Assembly (NCBI GenBank): GCA_041662585.1
Contig: JBAZSG010000001.1
Location: 2,381 to 66,380, forward strand
DNA from: Patescibacteria group bacterium
GTDB taxonomy: Bacteria > Patescibacteriota > Patescibacteriia > UBA1558 > GWA2-36-10
Direction of reading: 5' to 3'
DNA: 64,000 nt
The notes below the pieces were generated by a model. It made no database searches, had not been told where the DNA came from, and saw only the letters and a program-made list of their open reading frames with translations. Below are positions 1 to 10,117 of this stretch, in pieces. A program made the position numbers and the translations under genes. Every line of letters begins with the position of its first letter. Within the stretch, counting starts at the first letter, position 1.

Positions 1-1156
1 CTTCAAAACTACAATCAGAACATTCATAAGCCCCTAAAACTTTACGAAAACTGCCAACCTCATGTTCAAAACAGGTACCAAAAGTATTACAAGTGTTCCA
101 ACCTAGCGATCCTACATTTGTACAATCATATTCTTCTATATTCTGTCCTACTGGAATTACACAGCTACTAATATTTTGACAAGTCTCACCCGTATTGCAA
201 TCATCATTATTTATACAACAATCATCTTGACTAAGGGTAAAATCCTCACAGTCCATAGCAGCATTAACATTACCACCTCCATCTTCACACCTACCAGGAT
301 AATAAAAATATTCTAAACAATTGTCACATTTTTTATCAATAGATTTTACAACCGAACAAGTTTGTGACACAAGTACTGGAGGATCTCCAACAAAACGATC
401 TGGACAATCAGTAGCAGCAGTGGCCACGGTACAATCATTGTTGGTGATACTACAACCATAATTATATTGCTCATAACAATTAAAACATCCTTCTATTGGC
501 TTAGCGCTGGTTGGAAAATCAGGATCGGCTGATGCTGATTTTTCAATAGGAAAACCCAATTTCCAAGCTTCATTGTCTGTGTCTGTAAAAGTACAATCAC
601 CGCCATTTTCTACACAAAATATTCCATTAGGAGCACAGCTTAAACCATCTCTATCTACTGTACCAGTACAACGCCAATCTTCTTGATTGAGGATACTAGC
701 AAAAGTATTGGGATTTAAAGCATTGAGATAGTCAGTAGAAGTAGCTACGGAATACAAATTACCACCTCTTTGAATACCAAAAGGATCATCAAAACATACC
801 CAACCCAAAGGACTACCACTAGCACTCAAATTGCTACCAGACCAAGCACAACCAGTAATATTTCCGGTATTGGCTTGTACTTCTAGTCCATAATCTATAC
901 CTAAACATTGACTGTATTCACCTGGTGTATCAAAATCATTATAACAATTTAAACTAAGCCAACCAGCTCCAATAGGATTGGGAGTAGTAGGATCATTGTC
1001 GTGTTGAGGATTCCAAGCCCAGCCACTGATTCTGTATGGATAGGAAGTTATTTGAGCTGTACTAGTGACAGATTTTTGTATCAAAACCAGCGAAATAGCC
1101 AAAACAGCCATGATTATTAGGCGGCTATAAAAATGAAAGTGAAAATCAGATTTCAT
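1..1156 (-). CDS. Secreted Cys-rich surface protein with GWAW/GW-type repeats (3' end runs off the window; missing from the ORF track)
   Basis: Manual translation from ATG at 1156 gives MKSDFHFHFYSRLIIMAVLAISLVLIQKSVTSTAQ...ISGWAWNP...GAGWLSLNC...ITGCAWSG...LGWVCFDD. The frame is open to the window edge, with a signal-like N-terminus and many Cys. Confidence 0.8.
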   Translation of the reverse strand, partial: MKSDFHFHFYSRLIIMAVLAISLVLIQKSVTSTAQITSYPYRISGWAWNPQHDNDPTTPNPIGAGWLSLNCYNDFDTPGEYSQCLGIDYGLEVQANTGNITGCAWSGSNLSASGSPLGWVCFDDPFGIQRGGNLYSVATSTDYLNALNPNTFASILNQEDWRCTGTVDRDGLSCAPNGIFCVENGGDCTFTDTDNEAWKLGFPIEKSASADPDFPTSAKPIEGCFNCYEQYNYGCSITNNDCTVATAATDCPDRFVGDPPVLVSQTCSVVKSIDKKCDNCLEYFYYPGRCEDGGGNVNAAMDCEDFTLSQDDCCINNDDCNTGETCQNISSCVIPVGQNIEEYDCTNVGSLGWNTCNTFGTCFEHEVGSFRKVLGAYECSDCSFE

Positions 1157-1205
1157 CTAATATACAATCAATTTAAAATTAATAAAATAAATTATTAGTA
1201 TGTTT

Positions 1206-1214
1206 ATTATACCA
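1206..1214 (-). promoter_or_regulatory. Extended -10 promoter TGGTATAAT
   Basis: Perfect TGnTATAAT about 50 nt upstream of the ATG at 1156. Confidence 0.55.
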
Positions 1215-1236
1215 TAAAATATAATTTACCAACAAG

Positions 1237-1266
1237 AAAACCACCTCCCTAAAAGGAGGTGGTTTT
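1237..1266 (-). terminator. Rho-independent terminator
   Basis: AAAACCACCTCC-ctaaaa-GGAGGTGGTTTT inverted repeat just after the stop at 1275. Confidence 0.85.
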
Positions 1267-1274
1267 TCAAAAAA

Positions 1275-3602
1275 TTATAAAGCTTGAAATGATCGCCAAC
1301 CACCAGTACCACAAATCATTAATCTACTAACTCCATCTTTCCAAAACATTCTGCCAATTTCTGATATTTCATCACAATCAGTAAATGGAGGCTCGGCAGT
1401 ATTATAATCCAACTGAACATAATTATATGTAGCATCATTAGAACTTACTACACCCAAACTATTACTCTTTAAAATTACCTTATTAGCACCATTCCAAAAT
1501 CGAAGCTCATCAGTAGTATCATCTTGATAAATACCCCAATAAGGACTGGCACCACTCTGAATATCTATTTCGGCATTACCACTATTTGATTTGACATGTA
1601 AGGTGCTGTTTGGAGCAGCTGTACCAATACCTACTCTAGGAACACTACCAGTTGGATCAGTTGGAAATACTATAAATGAATTATCTCTAGTAATAGAAAC
1701 CGCTGCATCTGAATAGCCCCAAGCAAAAGTTTTATCAGCAAGAGCTGAGAGTTGCATATTGTGACCACCAGCAAATGAATAATCACCAGCTGCCACATTA
1801 TTTTTACCACCGGCAACCGTAGCATATAGTCCAGAGGCAAGATTAGATCTACCTCCTCCCACTGCTGAATAAGACCCAGAGGCAGTATTTGAATCACCAC
1901 CACCAACAATTGAATATGGCCCAGAGGCTGTATTTAAAGTGCCTCCCAAAACAGCTGAATAAGACCCAGAAGCAGTAGAAGTAGCACCACCACCGATAAC
2001 AGCATATGGACCAATAACCAAATTACTTAAACCACCGCCGATAAAAGCTTCGTTGGCAGTGACATTGGCTTTATTGAGCCAACCACCACCGATAAAAGCT
2101 CTAGTACTAGAGGCAACGTTGGTATCACCACCAGCAACAGTAGAACCATCTCCAGCTGCTTTATTTTTTAAACCACCACCAACAGTAGTCATATTTCCAG
2201 TAGCTTGATTACCACTTTCAGCAGTTACACTACCACCTCCAGATACGGTAGAATAATAACCAGTAGCTATATTACCATTACCACCACCTACTACAGATGC
2301 TAAACCACTAGCCATAGTATCAACACCAAAAGCTACTGAACCGGGGCCAATATTTGCATAACTCCAACGAGTTGCCAAATTGGGCAATGTACCAGCTCTG
2401 ATAGCTCCTGCCTTATCTGGCAACCAAAGAAATCTACTAGTAGTTATACCATTGGGATCAATGCCAGTAACAACAGCACCGGCTGGCAAACTAGTACTAC
2501 TAGTAGCCGATAAAAATGCATTACTTTCTACTCTGGATAAATTCTTACTAGCATCTTCTGTCCAATGACTTACTCCAGTGGCCCCATTAAAACAATTATT
2601 ACCATTAATATCACAAATATTCCCAAAAACATTTATATTCCCATCATCTGTAAAAATTACTCGATTGACTGCGTCTTTCCAAAAGAAAAGATCGTCAGAT
2701 ACAGGCTCATGATAAATTCCCCAATGACCGTTTTGTGTCCAACCAGTTTGAATGTCTAGTTCTGCATTACCAGTATTTGTATTAATGTGCACAAGACCAT
2801 CTGAAGCAGTGTTTGGAGTAGAAGTACCCACACCCACTCTACCATTAGCATCAATTACAAATGGTGTTGGTTCATAATTATTATTAGTTGTCTTAATATA
2901 AACTGTAGGATTGGGACCACCATTAGAAAGCCACAATGAAGCCTTGCCATCTAATACATTTAGATTGGTATCTTGGATTTTCATAGCACCCGATTCACCA
3001 GAATTAATAAGATTAAAAGCAGGATAAGCTAAATTATTAGTTGCAAAAGAAATATCTAATCCTATAAAGTCACTAGCAGCAGAAGTATGAAAAATCTTCA
3101 GTCCAGCATTTTGATCAGTACTTCCCATACTCACCAAACCACCAACTTGCTTTATTATAGAATTTTCTATCTCATTAGTAGTCTCATTAGATGTTGCGTC
3201 TCCATCATTCTTAAATCTTGGTATAAAATATTCTGTTCCACTACCAAGCACACCTCCTGTTACTGTTGGCCAGCCAGATATACAGCCATATTGTGAACCA
3301 GAACCAGATTCATCGCTATTAAGACAAATTTTAGAAAATGTAGCGGTTCCAGGTGCAGTTACATTTATTACATTAGCGCCATTACTATCAATGGTTATAT
3401 TATCGCCTGTAATATCAAAACCATTCAAACTTAAATTTTCTTTTAAGGGATTGACCACAAATCTATTGTTGGCTGTCTGCCCCGGTAAAGCATCTGGTGA
3501 TACCCACTGAGCTGTGGCATATTGCTGTATCAAAGTAATACTCACTATGGATACAATAGCCACCAAAACTGATAAATGCCGATTATTTATTTTTTTGAAC
3601 AT
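1275..3602 (-). CDS. Secreted fibre/adhesin-like protein with VGIGT fibre modules and YadA-head-like beta-roll repeats
   Basis: Signal peptide; two VG(I/V)GT..P...H...NAE(L/I)DIQ.G...WGIY modules; about 12 ~15-aa repeats of type N.ASG.YS.VGGG; C-terminal C...GRMFW...LMIC...W cap. Confidence 0.75.
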   Translation of the reverse strand: MFKKINNRHLSVLVAIVSIVSITLIQQYATAQWVSPDALPGQTANNRFVVNPLKENLSLNGFDITGDNITIDSNGANVINVTAPGTATFSKICLNSDESGSGSQYGCISGWPTVTGGVLGSGTEYFIPRFKNDGDATSNETTNEIENSIIKQVGGLVSMGSTDQNAGLKIFHTSAASDFIGLDISFATNNLAYPAFNLINSGESGAMKIQDTNLNVLDGKASLWLSNGGPNPTVYIKTTNNNYEPTPFVIDANGRVGVGTSTPNTASDGLVHINTNTGNAELDIQTGWTQNGHWGIYHEPVSDDLFFWKDAVNRVIFTDDGNINVFGNICDINGNNCFNGATGVSHWTEDASKNLSRVESNAFLSATSSTSLPAGAVVTGIDPNGITTSRFLWLPDKAGAIRAGTLPNLATRWSYANIGPGSVAFGVDTMASGLASVVGGGNGNIATGYYSTVSGGGSVTAESGNQATGNMTTVGGGLKNKAAGDGSTVAGGDTNVASSTRAFIGGGWLNKANVTANEAFIGGGLSNLVIGPYAVIGGGATSTASGSYSAVLGGTLNTASGPYSIVGGGDSNTASGSYSAVGGGRSNLASGLYATVAGGKNNVAAGDYSFAGGHNMQLSALADKTFAWGYSDAAVSITRDNSFIVFPTDPTGSVPRVGIGTAAPNSTLHVKSNSGNAEIDIQSGASPYWGIYQDDTTDELRFWNGANKVILKSNSLGVVSSNDATYNYVQLDYNTAEPPFTDCDEISEIGRMFWKDGVSRLMICGTGGWRSFQAL

Positions 3603-3639
3603 ACACTTATATTAATTTATTTTATAAATTTTAAAATAT

Positions 3640-5136
3640 TTAAGACCCCCAACCGTTAGCACAAGCAGTTGGCCCTGGAGTAGTACAATTGTCAATGACA
3701 TAATATTCTTCATGAGGCGGCTCTTCAGATATACATCTAAATCTACATTGACATACAGCACTATTTTCTAAACAGGCTGTTTCACAAGCAACTTTTGCGC
3801 GATTAAAGGTGGAATAGGCTGAACAGTTGTACAATCCAGCTTCTGAAATATCATAGCTATATCTAACACTGCCAACTGGATCACATTCTTCTCCATTGGT
3901 TGGTTCTACAATACTGTTACCACAAACATTGGTAGGGGCATAACAGACAATATTGAAATGTCCAGCACCAGAAGTATTGGGGTTTATTCTGTCCGATACA
4001 AGCTCCACAGTGCAAGAATCTCCAGAAGTAGAATTCATAGTAATACTAGGAGTATTTAAAACCAGTCCATCTTCAGCAGTTAAAGTAGAAGCAGTCAATT
4101 CGGTCATAAATCCTTGGTTGGCCAATAAAGTATTGGCTGATATTGAAGAGTTGACTAATAGATTATCAAATCTACCCGTACCCAGCACATCCAATTGAGC
4201 CTGTGGATTGATTGTACCGATACCTACATAGCCATTGTTGGTCAAAGTCAGTTTGTTGCTATCATGCCAAAATCGCAAAGATTGATCATTTATATCTTGA
4301 TAAATGCCCCAATGCTTACTATTCCAACCACTTTGAATATCTAGCTCAGCGTTGGCATATTGCGTTTGGATATGTAAAATACCGTCTGAAGCAGCTGTGG
4401 GATTGGGTGTGCTAGTGCCTAGCCCCATCCTACCTCTAGCAGTAAGTACAAAAGGACTGTCGTCATAATTTTGACCAGTGTCATTGATATAAAGAGAATT
4501 CCCATTGGTACCGTTTCTAATAAAAATAGAACTACGATTGCTAGTAGATGAACCATTGTCACTATCAATGATCCTAATAGCTCCTCCATCACCATCACTG
4601 CTATTGTTTATATTTAAGGCGCTGTAGCTAATATTGGGATTGGCAAAATCAAGACTCAAAGCATTGTAAGGCTGACCAAAGTCTCTAATCCAAAAAGATC
4701 CATCATCCAATTTGTATCTACCAGAAGAAACTTCTTTTATTTTAGAATTACCCAATTCATTGGCACCAATATATTGAGGTATGTAGCCCACATCTCCTGC
4801 TCCGGTCAAACCTCCGGTAACGCTAGGCCAATCTGTCTTGCATGAATATACACCAGTACCATCACCAAAGCACAATTCTCTGTCACCATCTATAATAATA
4901 GCTCTGCTAGCACTAGAACCATCAATGGTAAGATCGGTACCAGTGATACTCTTGATACCCAATTGCAAATTTTCTTTTAAGGGATTGACCACAAATCTAT
5001 TGTTGGCAGTCTCTCCTGGCAAAGCATTTGGGTCTGTCCACTGAGCCATGGCATATTGCTGTATCAAAGCAATGCTCACAACTGAAACAGCTCCAACAAA
5101 AAATAATAAATACCAATTTTTAATTCTAGGATGCAT
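3640..5136 (-). CDS. Secreted fibre-like protein, paralog of 1275..3602, with a Cys-rich C-terminus
   Basis: Shares the N-terminal IQQYA.AQW..P.ALPG.TANNRFVVNPLKENL and the NAELDIQ.GW...HWGIY module; C-terminal CGNSIVEPTNGEECD resembles DUF4215/Myxococcus Cys-rich repeats. Confidence 0.75.
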   Translation of the reverse strand: MHPRIKNWYLLFFVGAVSVVSIALIQQYAMAQWTDPNALPGETANNRFVVNPLKENLQLGIKSITGTDLTIDGSSASRAIIIDGDRELCFGDGTGVYSCKTDWPSVTGGLTGAGDVGYIPQYIGANELGNSKIKEVSSGRYKLDDGSFWIRDFGQPYNALSLDFANPNISYSALNINNSSDGDGGAIRIIDSDNGSSTSNRSSIFIRNGTNGNSLYINDTGQNYDDSPFVLTARGRMGLGTSTPNPTAASDGILHIQTQYANAELDIQSGWNSKHWGIYQDINDQSLRFWHDSNKLTLTNNGYVGIGTINPQAQLDVLGTGRFDNLLVNSSISANTLLANQGFMTELTASTLTAEDGLVLNTPSITMNSTSGDSCTVELVSDRINPNTSGAGHFNIVCYAPTNVCGNSIVEPTNGEECDPVGSVRYSYDISEAGLYNCSAYSTFNRAKVACETACLENSAVCQCRFRCISEEPPHEEYYVIDNCTTPGPTACANGWGS

Positions 5137-5160
5137 AATTTATAATTTTAAACTAAATAT

Positions 5161-5169
5161 ATTATAACA
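5161..5169 (-). promoter_or_regulatory. Extended -10 promoter TGTTATAAT
   Basis: Perfect TGnTATAAT about 25 nt upstream of ATG 5136. Confidence 0.6.
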
Positions 5170-5241
5170 CATTTTATAAAAAATAGTAATACACTATTTA
5201 GTTACCAAAAAATATAAGCCAAATATTCTTATAACAATCTG

Positions 5242-5270
5242 TTGACTAACCCGATACTGCAAGGTAAACT
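5242..5270 (+). promoter_or_regulatory. Sigma70 promoter of lemA
   Basis: TTGACT-17 nt-TAAACT. Confidence 0.6.
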
Positions 5271-5306
5271 TATAGTATCAAAATTTAATAATTAAATTTA
5301 AAAACT

Positions 5307-5864
5307 ATGAACAATATTCTTATTGTCATACTAGTAGTAATAGTATTGCTAATTTTATGGCTAATAAACGTCTATAACAGCCTAATAAAACTCAAAAATC
5401 GTGTCAAAGAAGCTTGGTCTGATATAGATGTACAGCTAAAACGTCGCTATGATTTGATTCCAAATCTTATGGAAACTGTCAAAGGCTATATGAAACACGA
5501 AGAAGGTGTGCTAGTAAAAGTCACTGAAGCTAGAACCAGTGCTATGAATGCCAAAGGCATTGAAGAAAAAGGCAAGGCTGAAAATATGCTGTCTGAAACT
5601 CTCAAAAGCTTGTTTGCAGTAGCTGAAAACTATCCAGATTTAAAGGCCAGTCAAAATTTCTTACAATTACAAGATGAAATTTCTGACACCGAAAACAAAA
5701 TTCAAGCATCACGTAGATTTTATAACGGACAAGTTAGAGACTTTAATACCAAGATAGAAGTCTTTCCAAACAACTTAATTGCTGGTATGTTAAAATTTAA
5801 AGCTTGGGATTTCTTTGCTATAGAAAATGACAAAGAAAAAGAAAATGTGCAAGTCAAATTTTAA
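5307..5864 (+). CDS. lemA: LemA family protein
   Basis: N-terminal TM; YNSL...[44 protein letters not shown] motifs; upstream of htpX. Confidence 0.96.
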   Translation: MNNILIVILVVIVLLILWLINVYNSLIKLKNRVKEAWSDIDVQLKRRYDLIPNLMETVKGYMKHEEGVLVKVTEARTSAMNAKGIEEKGKAENMLSETLKSLFAVAENYPDLKASQNFLQLQDEISDTENKIQASRRFYNGQVRDFNTKIEVFPNNLIAGMLKFKAWDFFAIENDKEKENVQVKF

Positions 5865-5866
5865 AC

Positions 5867-5967
5867 TAACCCCTCCTATCCTCCCCTGTTAAGGGGAGGA
5901 TTTTTTTATTTAATAGTCCCCCCTGTCAAGAAAAATTATTGCCTACCGACAAACAGGTAAGGGGTTA
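5867..5967. repeat. REP-like composite palindromic element; its first hairpin also serves as the lemA terminator
   Basis: Terminal IR TAACCCCT...AGGGGTTA; hairpin ATCCTCCCCT-gtta-AGGGGAGGAT followed by a T-run (5878-5907); degenerate second unit TCCCCCCTGTCAAG and a GCCTACCGACAAACAGG segment. Confidence 0.55.
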
Positions 5968-5975
5968 ATAATAGA

Positions 5976-6005
5976 TTGACAAATAAGTCACTATATTGTT
6001 ATATT
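5976..6005 (+). promoter_or_regulatory. Sigma70 promoter of htpX-clpC-comF
   Basis: TTGACA-18 nt-TATATT with a TG extension. Confidence 0.5.
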
Positions 6006-6036
6006 AAGCTTACAAAAACTAATAAAATAAAATTAA

Positions 6037-6909
6037 ATGTACAATCAAATTGATAGTAATAAACGCAAAAGTCTAGCCTTAATGATACTGTTTGTTTTGG
6101 TTATTGTTGCTCTAGTATTTGCTTGGGCGCAATATTCTGAAGCAGGCTACTATATGCTGATTCCAGCTACTTTGTTTGCTACTGGTATGAGCTTGATTAG
6201 CTTTTTTGCTGGAGACAAAATAGCCCTAGCTGCTTCAGGAGCCAAAAAAATAAAAAAAGAAGACAATCCTTACTTGTGGCGTATAGTAGAAAACTTGAGT
6301 ATTACTGCTGGCTTATCAATGCCCAAAATACACATCATAGATGATCAAGCTATGAACGCTTTTGCAACTGGTCGTGATCCAGAGCATGCCTCTATCGCTG
6401 TGACTACTGGCCTACTGGCCAATCTAGAAAACGAAGAACTAGAAGGTGTCATTGCTCACGAACTCTCTCATGTCAAAAACTATGACATCAGACTAATGAT
6501 GGTAGTAATTGTTTGTGTGGGTATCATCACACTTTTAGCTGATTGGATGATGCGTAGCTTTATTTTCCGTGGACGAGGTAGTAATGACAATAATAAAGGA
6601 GGTCCACTAATAATAATTGGCATTGTACTAGCCATACTATCTCCTCTCTTTGCCAAACTAATTCAAATGGCCGTATCTAGAAAAAGAGAATTTTTGGCCG
6701 ATGCCTCTGCCTCTTTACTTACTCGCTATCCAGAAGGGCTAGCTAGAGCCTTGGAAAAAATATCGGCACAAAATATACCCCTTAAAAAAGCCAACAAAGC
6801 TACTGCTCACCTCTATATCTCTAGCCCTTTCAAAGGCCAAAGTATATCCAAATTATTTTCTACTCATCCTCCTGTAGAAGAGAGAATAAAAGCTCTAAGA
6901 ACTATGTAA
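6037..6909 (+). CDS. htpX: Zn metalloprotease HtpX (M48)
   Basis: NAFATGR, HELSH zinc motif, SRKREFLADA, LFSTHPP. Confidence 0.95.
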   Translation: MYNQIDSNKRKSLALMILFVLVIVALVFAWAQYSEAGYYMLIPATLFATGMSLISFFAGDKIALAASGAKKIKKEDNPYLWRIVENLSITAGLSMPKIHIIDDQAMNAFATGRDPEHASIAVTTGLLANLENEELEGVIAHELSHVKNYDIRLMMVVIVCVGIITLLADWMMRSFIFRGRGSNDNNKGGPLIIIGIVLAILSPLFAKLIQMAVSRKREFLADASASLLTRYPEGLARALEKISAQNIPLKKANKATAHLYISSPFKGQSISKLFSTHPPVEERIKALRTM

Positions 6910-6913
6910 AAAT

Positions 6914-9382
6914 ATGATAAATAATAGTGCTCAAAATATATTAAATAAATTTACTCAGCACTTTAAACAAGTGCTCATTGGTGCTCAAAATATAGCTTTT
7001 AGTAAAAAACGTGAATCTATAGAACCAGAAGATCTGTTGATAGCTTTGATAAAAACCAAAGGTTCTTTGGGGTCTGATATTTTGATAAAACAAAATATAG
7101 ATATTAGTTTTTTACAAACCAGTGATTATACTTCTTATCAAAGTGTAGCTATCAATCCCGAACATTTACCCCAACCATCTTTGGAGACTCAAAAAATAAT
7201 AGAAAAAGCCGTAGTGACTGCCTACAAACACAAACACAAATATATTGGTACCGAGCATTTGTTATGGGGTATTAGTCAAAGTGCTGATGAAAAAACTGCA
7301 CAAATATTACATAAGGCCAAAATAAATTCTCAAAGCCTAAAACAACATCTAAATTTGATCTTAAAAAGCACTTCCAAGTTTGGTGACTTGACCGAAGATG
7401 AAGAACTAAAAGAAATTGAAGATTTGCTAGATGATGAACGTATAGAAAACAACAATCTAGAAAGTTTTACTATCAATCTAACTAGCGATGAAGTACAAAA
7501 AAACATAGACCCAGTAATAGGCCGTAGCAAAGAAATAGACAGATTGATAGAAATATTGTCTCGTCGTACCAAAAATAATCCTGTGCTCCTAGGAGACGCC
7601 GGCGTGGGCAAAACAGCCATCATTGAAGGTCTAGCCAAACGAATTACTGAAAACAAAGTGCCAGATGTACTATTAAACAAAACCATACTTAATCTCGATA
7701 TATCTAGCCTCATAGCTGGTACTATGTATAGAGGTGAATTTGAAAATAGACTAAAACAAGTAATATCAAGCATCAAAAATAGCCCAAATACTATACTGTT
7801 TATTGATGAACTACACACTATCATGGGTGCTGGAGCTACCACTGGATCACTAGATGCGGCCAATATCCTAAAACCAGCTCTTTCCCGTGGACAACTAAGA
7901 TGTATTGGGGCAACTACTTTTGAAGAATACAAAAAACATATTGAAAGTGACAAGGCACTTGAGCGAAGATTTCAAACTATAGTAATAGAAGAATCATCAG
8001 ATGACGAAGCTTATCAAATATTACAAGGTTTAAGAGAAAACTACGAAAAATTTCATAATGTCTCTATAGATGATGGAGCTATTAAAGCAGCTGTAGAACT
8101 CAGTAAAAGATTTTTACCTGACAAAAAATTACCTGACAAAGCTATTGATCTGATAGATGAAGCAGCCGCGCGCTTGAGAGTCCAAAAAACTAGACATGGA
8201 TTACTCAAAAAAATAAAAATCTGGCAAGATGAATTGAACAATCATCAAAACAATAAAAAACAAGCTATTTTGGAAGAAAAATATCTAGAGGCTTTGGAAT
8301 ACAAAGAAAAGGAAGAACAAACTATGGAACAATTGTCACTCTTGCAAGCCAAACAAGATAAAATAAAAAACAAACTTCTAGGAAACATAAGCGAAGAGGA
8401 TATCAAAACAGTGCTCGCCAAAATAACTGGCATTCCCCTAACTTCTATCAGCACTAGCGAAAACAAAAAATTGTTAAACTTAGAAAATAAAATTGCACAA
8501 AGCATTTTTGGCCAAGACAAAGCTCTAACCAATATTGCCCATACCATACGCAAAGCCAAAACTGGCTTAAACAACAAAAATAAACCCCTAGCCTCTTTTA
8601 TGTTTCTAGGACCAAGTGGTGTCGGCAAGACAGAAACTGCCAAACAATTGGCCAAAGAAATTTTTGGTGGAGAAAAAAATATGCTGCGTATTGATATGAG
8701 CGAATTTTCAGAAAAATTCAATATTTCCAAACTGATTGGTTCTCCGGCTGGCTATGTTGGCTACCGAGAAGGTAATAAACTGACTGATTTGGTAAAAAAT
8801 AAACCCTATAGTCTGATATTGTTTGATGAAATAGAAAAAGCGCATCCTGATGTTTTCAATCTGCTATTGCCTGTTTTGGAAGAAGGAGAGCTCACTGATG
8901 CTACTGGCAAAACTGTCAATTTTAGAAATTGTGTGATTGTTATGACTTCCAACGTTGGTTTAAATATCTTCAATCAAGAAGCTATTATGGGTTTTGACAC
9001 ACTAGAAAATAAAACTAGCTTCAATAAAAAAAGCGAAGAAATACTAAGCTCTCTTAACAAATATTTTCCTCCAGAATTTTCCAATCGTTTGGACAATATC
9101 ATAGTATTTGAACCATTGAGCATTGATACAGCCAAAAAAATTATCAAAAAAGAATTGATTACTATTGCTGAGCGTCTCAATGAACAGGCTATAGCTATAG
9201 AAATTGATAATAAAATAATCAAGCATCTTCTAAAACAACCCGATGCTATCAAAGAAGGAGCTCGTAGCCTCAAAAGGCTAGTAGATCAACATATATCCAA
9301 TGTTTTGGCCAATAATATATTAAATAAAAATAGTAAAAAAATAAAAATCTCTCTAGAAAAAAACAAAATAGCTATTAGATAA
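6914..9382 (+). CDS. clpC: ATP-dependent Clp protease ATPase subunit ClpC
   Basis: Clp N repeats; two AAA+ modules (GDAGVGKT/FIDELH and GPSGVGKT/FDEIEKAH); short coiled-coil middle domain; MGF ClpP-docking loop. Confidence 0.9.
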   Translation: MINNSAQNILNKFTQHFKQVLIGAQNIAFSKKRESIEPEDLLIALIKTKGSLGSDILIKQNIDISFLQTSDYTSYQSVAINPEHLPQPSLETQKIIEKAVVTAYKHKHKYIGTEHLLWGISQSADEKTAQILHKAKINSQSLKQHLNLILKSTSKFGDLTEDEELKEIEDLLDDERIENNNLESFTINLTSDEVQKNIDPVIGRSKEIDRLIEILSRRTKNNPVLLGDAGVGKTAIIEGLAKRITENKVPDVLLNKTILNLDISSLIAGTMYRGEFENRLKQVISSIKNSPNTILFIDELHTIMGAGATTGSLDAANILKPALSRGQLRCIGATTFEEYKKHIESDKALERRFQTIVIEESSDDEAYQILQGLRENYEKFHNVSIDDGAIKAAVELSKRFLPDKKLPDKAIDLIDEAAARLRVQKTRHGLLKKIKIWQDELNNHQNNKKQAILEEKYLEALEYKEKEEQTMEQLSLLQAKQDKIKNKLLGNISEEDIKTVLAKITGIPLTSISTSENKKLLNLENKIAQSIFGQDKALTNIAHTIRKAKTGLNNKNKPLASFMFLGPSGVGKTETAKQLAKEIFGGEKNMLRIDMSEFSEKFNISKLIGSPAGYVGYREGNKLTDLVKNKPYSLILFDEIEKAHPDVFNLLLPVLEEGELTDATGKTVNFRNCVIVMTSNVGLNIFNQEAIMGFDTLENKTSFNKKSEEILSSLNKYFPPEFSNRLDNIIVFEPLSIDTAKKIIKKELITIAERLNEQAIAIEIDNKIIKHLLKQPDAIKEGARSLKRLVDQHISNVLANNILNKNSKKIKISLEKNKIAIR

Positions 9383-9400
9383 TTTTTTAAACAACTAAAT

Positions 9401-10099
9401 ATGAAGAAAAGCGATGTAAAAACTTTTTTGCTTTACATCAAAAAAGTTTTTAATTTATTTTTAGATTTTGTTTGGCCACAATTTTGCCTAGGTTGCCAAC
9501 GAGAAGGATCTCTGTGCTGTGGTTTTTGTCTAAATGATATAATACTGGATGATATAAAAAATATTAGCTGGCCCGATAATCGACAAAGCTATTTTAAGGC
9601 TTGCTATACTTGCTGTGATTATCAAAATAAATTAGTCCAAAAACTAATTAAAAATTATAAATATAATTATCTAGAAAACTTGGGCAATTTATTAACTGAT
9701 ATATTAGAAAAACAAGCTAGACGCCTAAGTCTAGATAAAAATACCATAATCATAAATATTCCTCTGCACAAAAACAAAAAGAAACAAAGAGGCTTTGATC
9801 AAACAGAAATACTAGCCAAAAAACTAGCCAAGCGTTTATCTCTAAACTACTCTCCTCTGCTAATAAGAACCAAAAATAATAAAGCTCAGGCTCAACTCAA
9901 TAAAACAGCTCGTCAAAAAAACGTAACCGATATTTTTGCTATAAACAAAAAAATATTATCTAGTGTACCAGATAATATCAATATATTGCTCATAGATGAT
10001 GTGACAACTACTGGTTCTACTTTAAATCAAGCTGCCAAAGTACTGACAGAAAATAATTTTACAAATATAATTTGCCTAGTTTTAGCCAAAAATAATTAA
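9401..10099 (+). CDS. comF: ComF family competence protein (PRTase fold)
   Basis: P.FCLGC zinc ribbon, RGFDQ, LLIDDVTTTGSTL. Confidence 0.92.
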   Translation: MKKSDVKTFLLYIKKVFNLFLDFVWPQFCLGCQREGSLCCGFCLNDIILDDIKNISWPDNRQSYFKACYTCCDYQNKLVQKLIKNYKYNYLENLGNLLTDILEKQARRLSLDKNTIIINIPLHKNKKKQRGFDQTEILAKKLAKRLSLNYSPLLIRTKNNKAQAQLNKTARQKNVTDIFAINKKILSSVPDNINILLIDDVTTTGSTLNQAAKVLTENNFTNIICLVLAKNN

Positions 10100-10117
10100 A
10101 ATAACTTGGACTAATAT

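Noticed and set aside
1780-2320. ~45-nt periodic repeats suggesting CRISPR or a VNTR
   Set aside because: Degenerate coding repeats of the beta-roll domain; no identical repeat-spacer structure and no cas genes
1275-3602. Trimeric autotransporter or prophage tail fibre
   Set aside because: No C-terminal beta-barrel anchor, a Sec-type signal peptide is present, and there are no phage genes nearby
3433-5007. 41-nt duplicated segment as a DGR template/variable pair or shufflon site
   Set aside because: The copies are identical, direct and N-terminal, with no adenine-specific mismatches; no reverse transcriptase or recombinase lies in the window
7330-9273. Long antisense ORFs within clpC (similar ones occur in infB, leuS, virB4, pilB and the giant gene)
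   Set aside because: Shadow frames of well-supported genes with no motifs of their own
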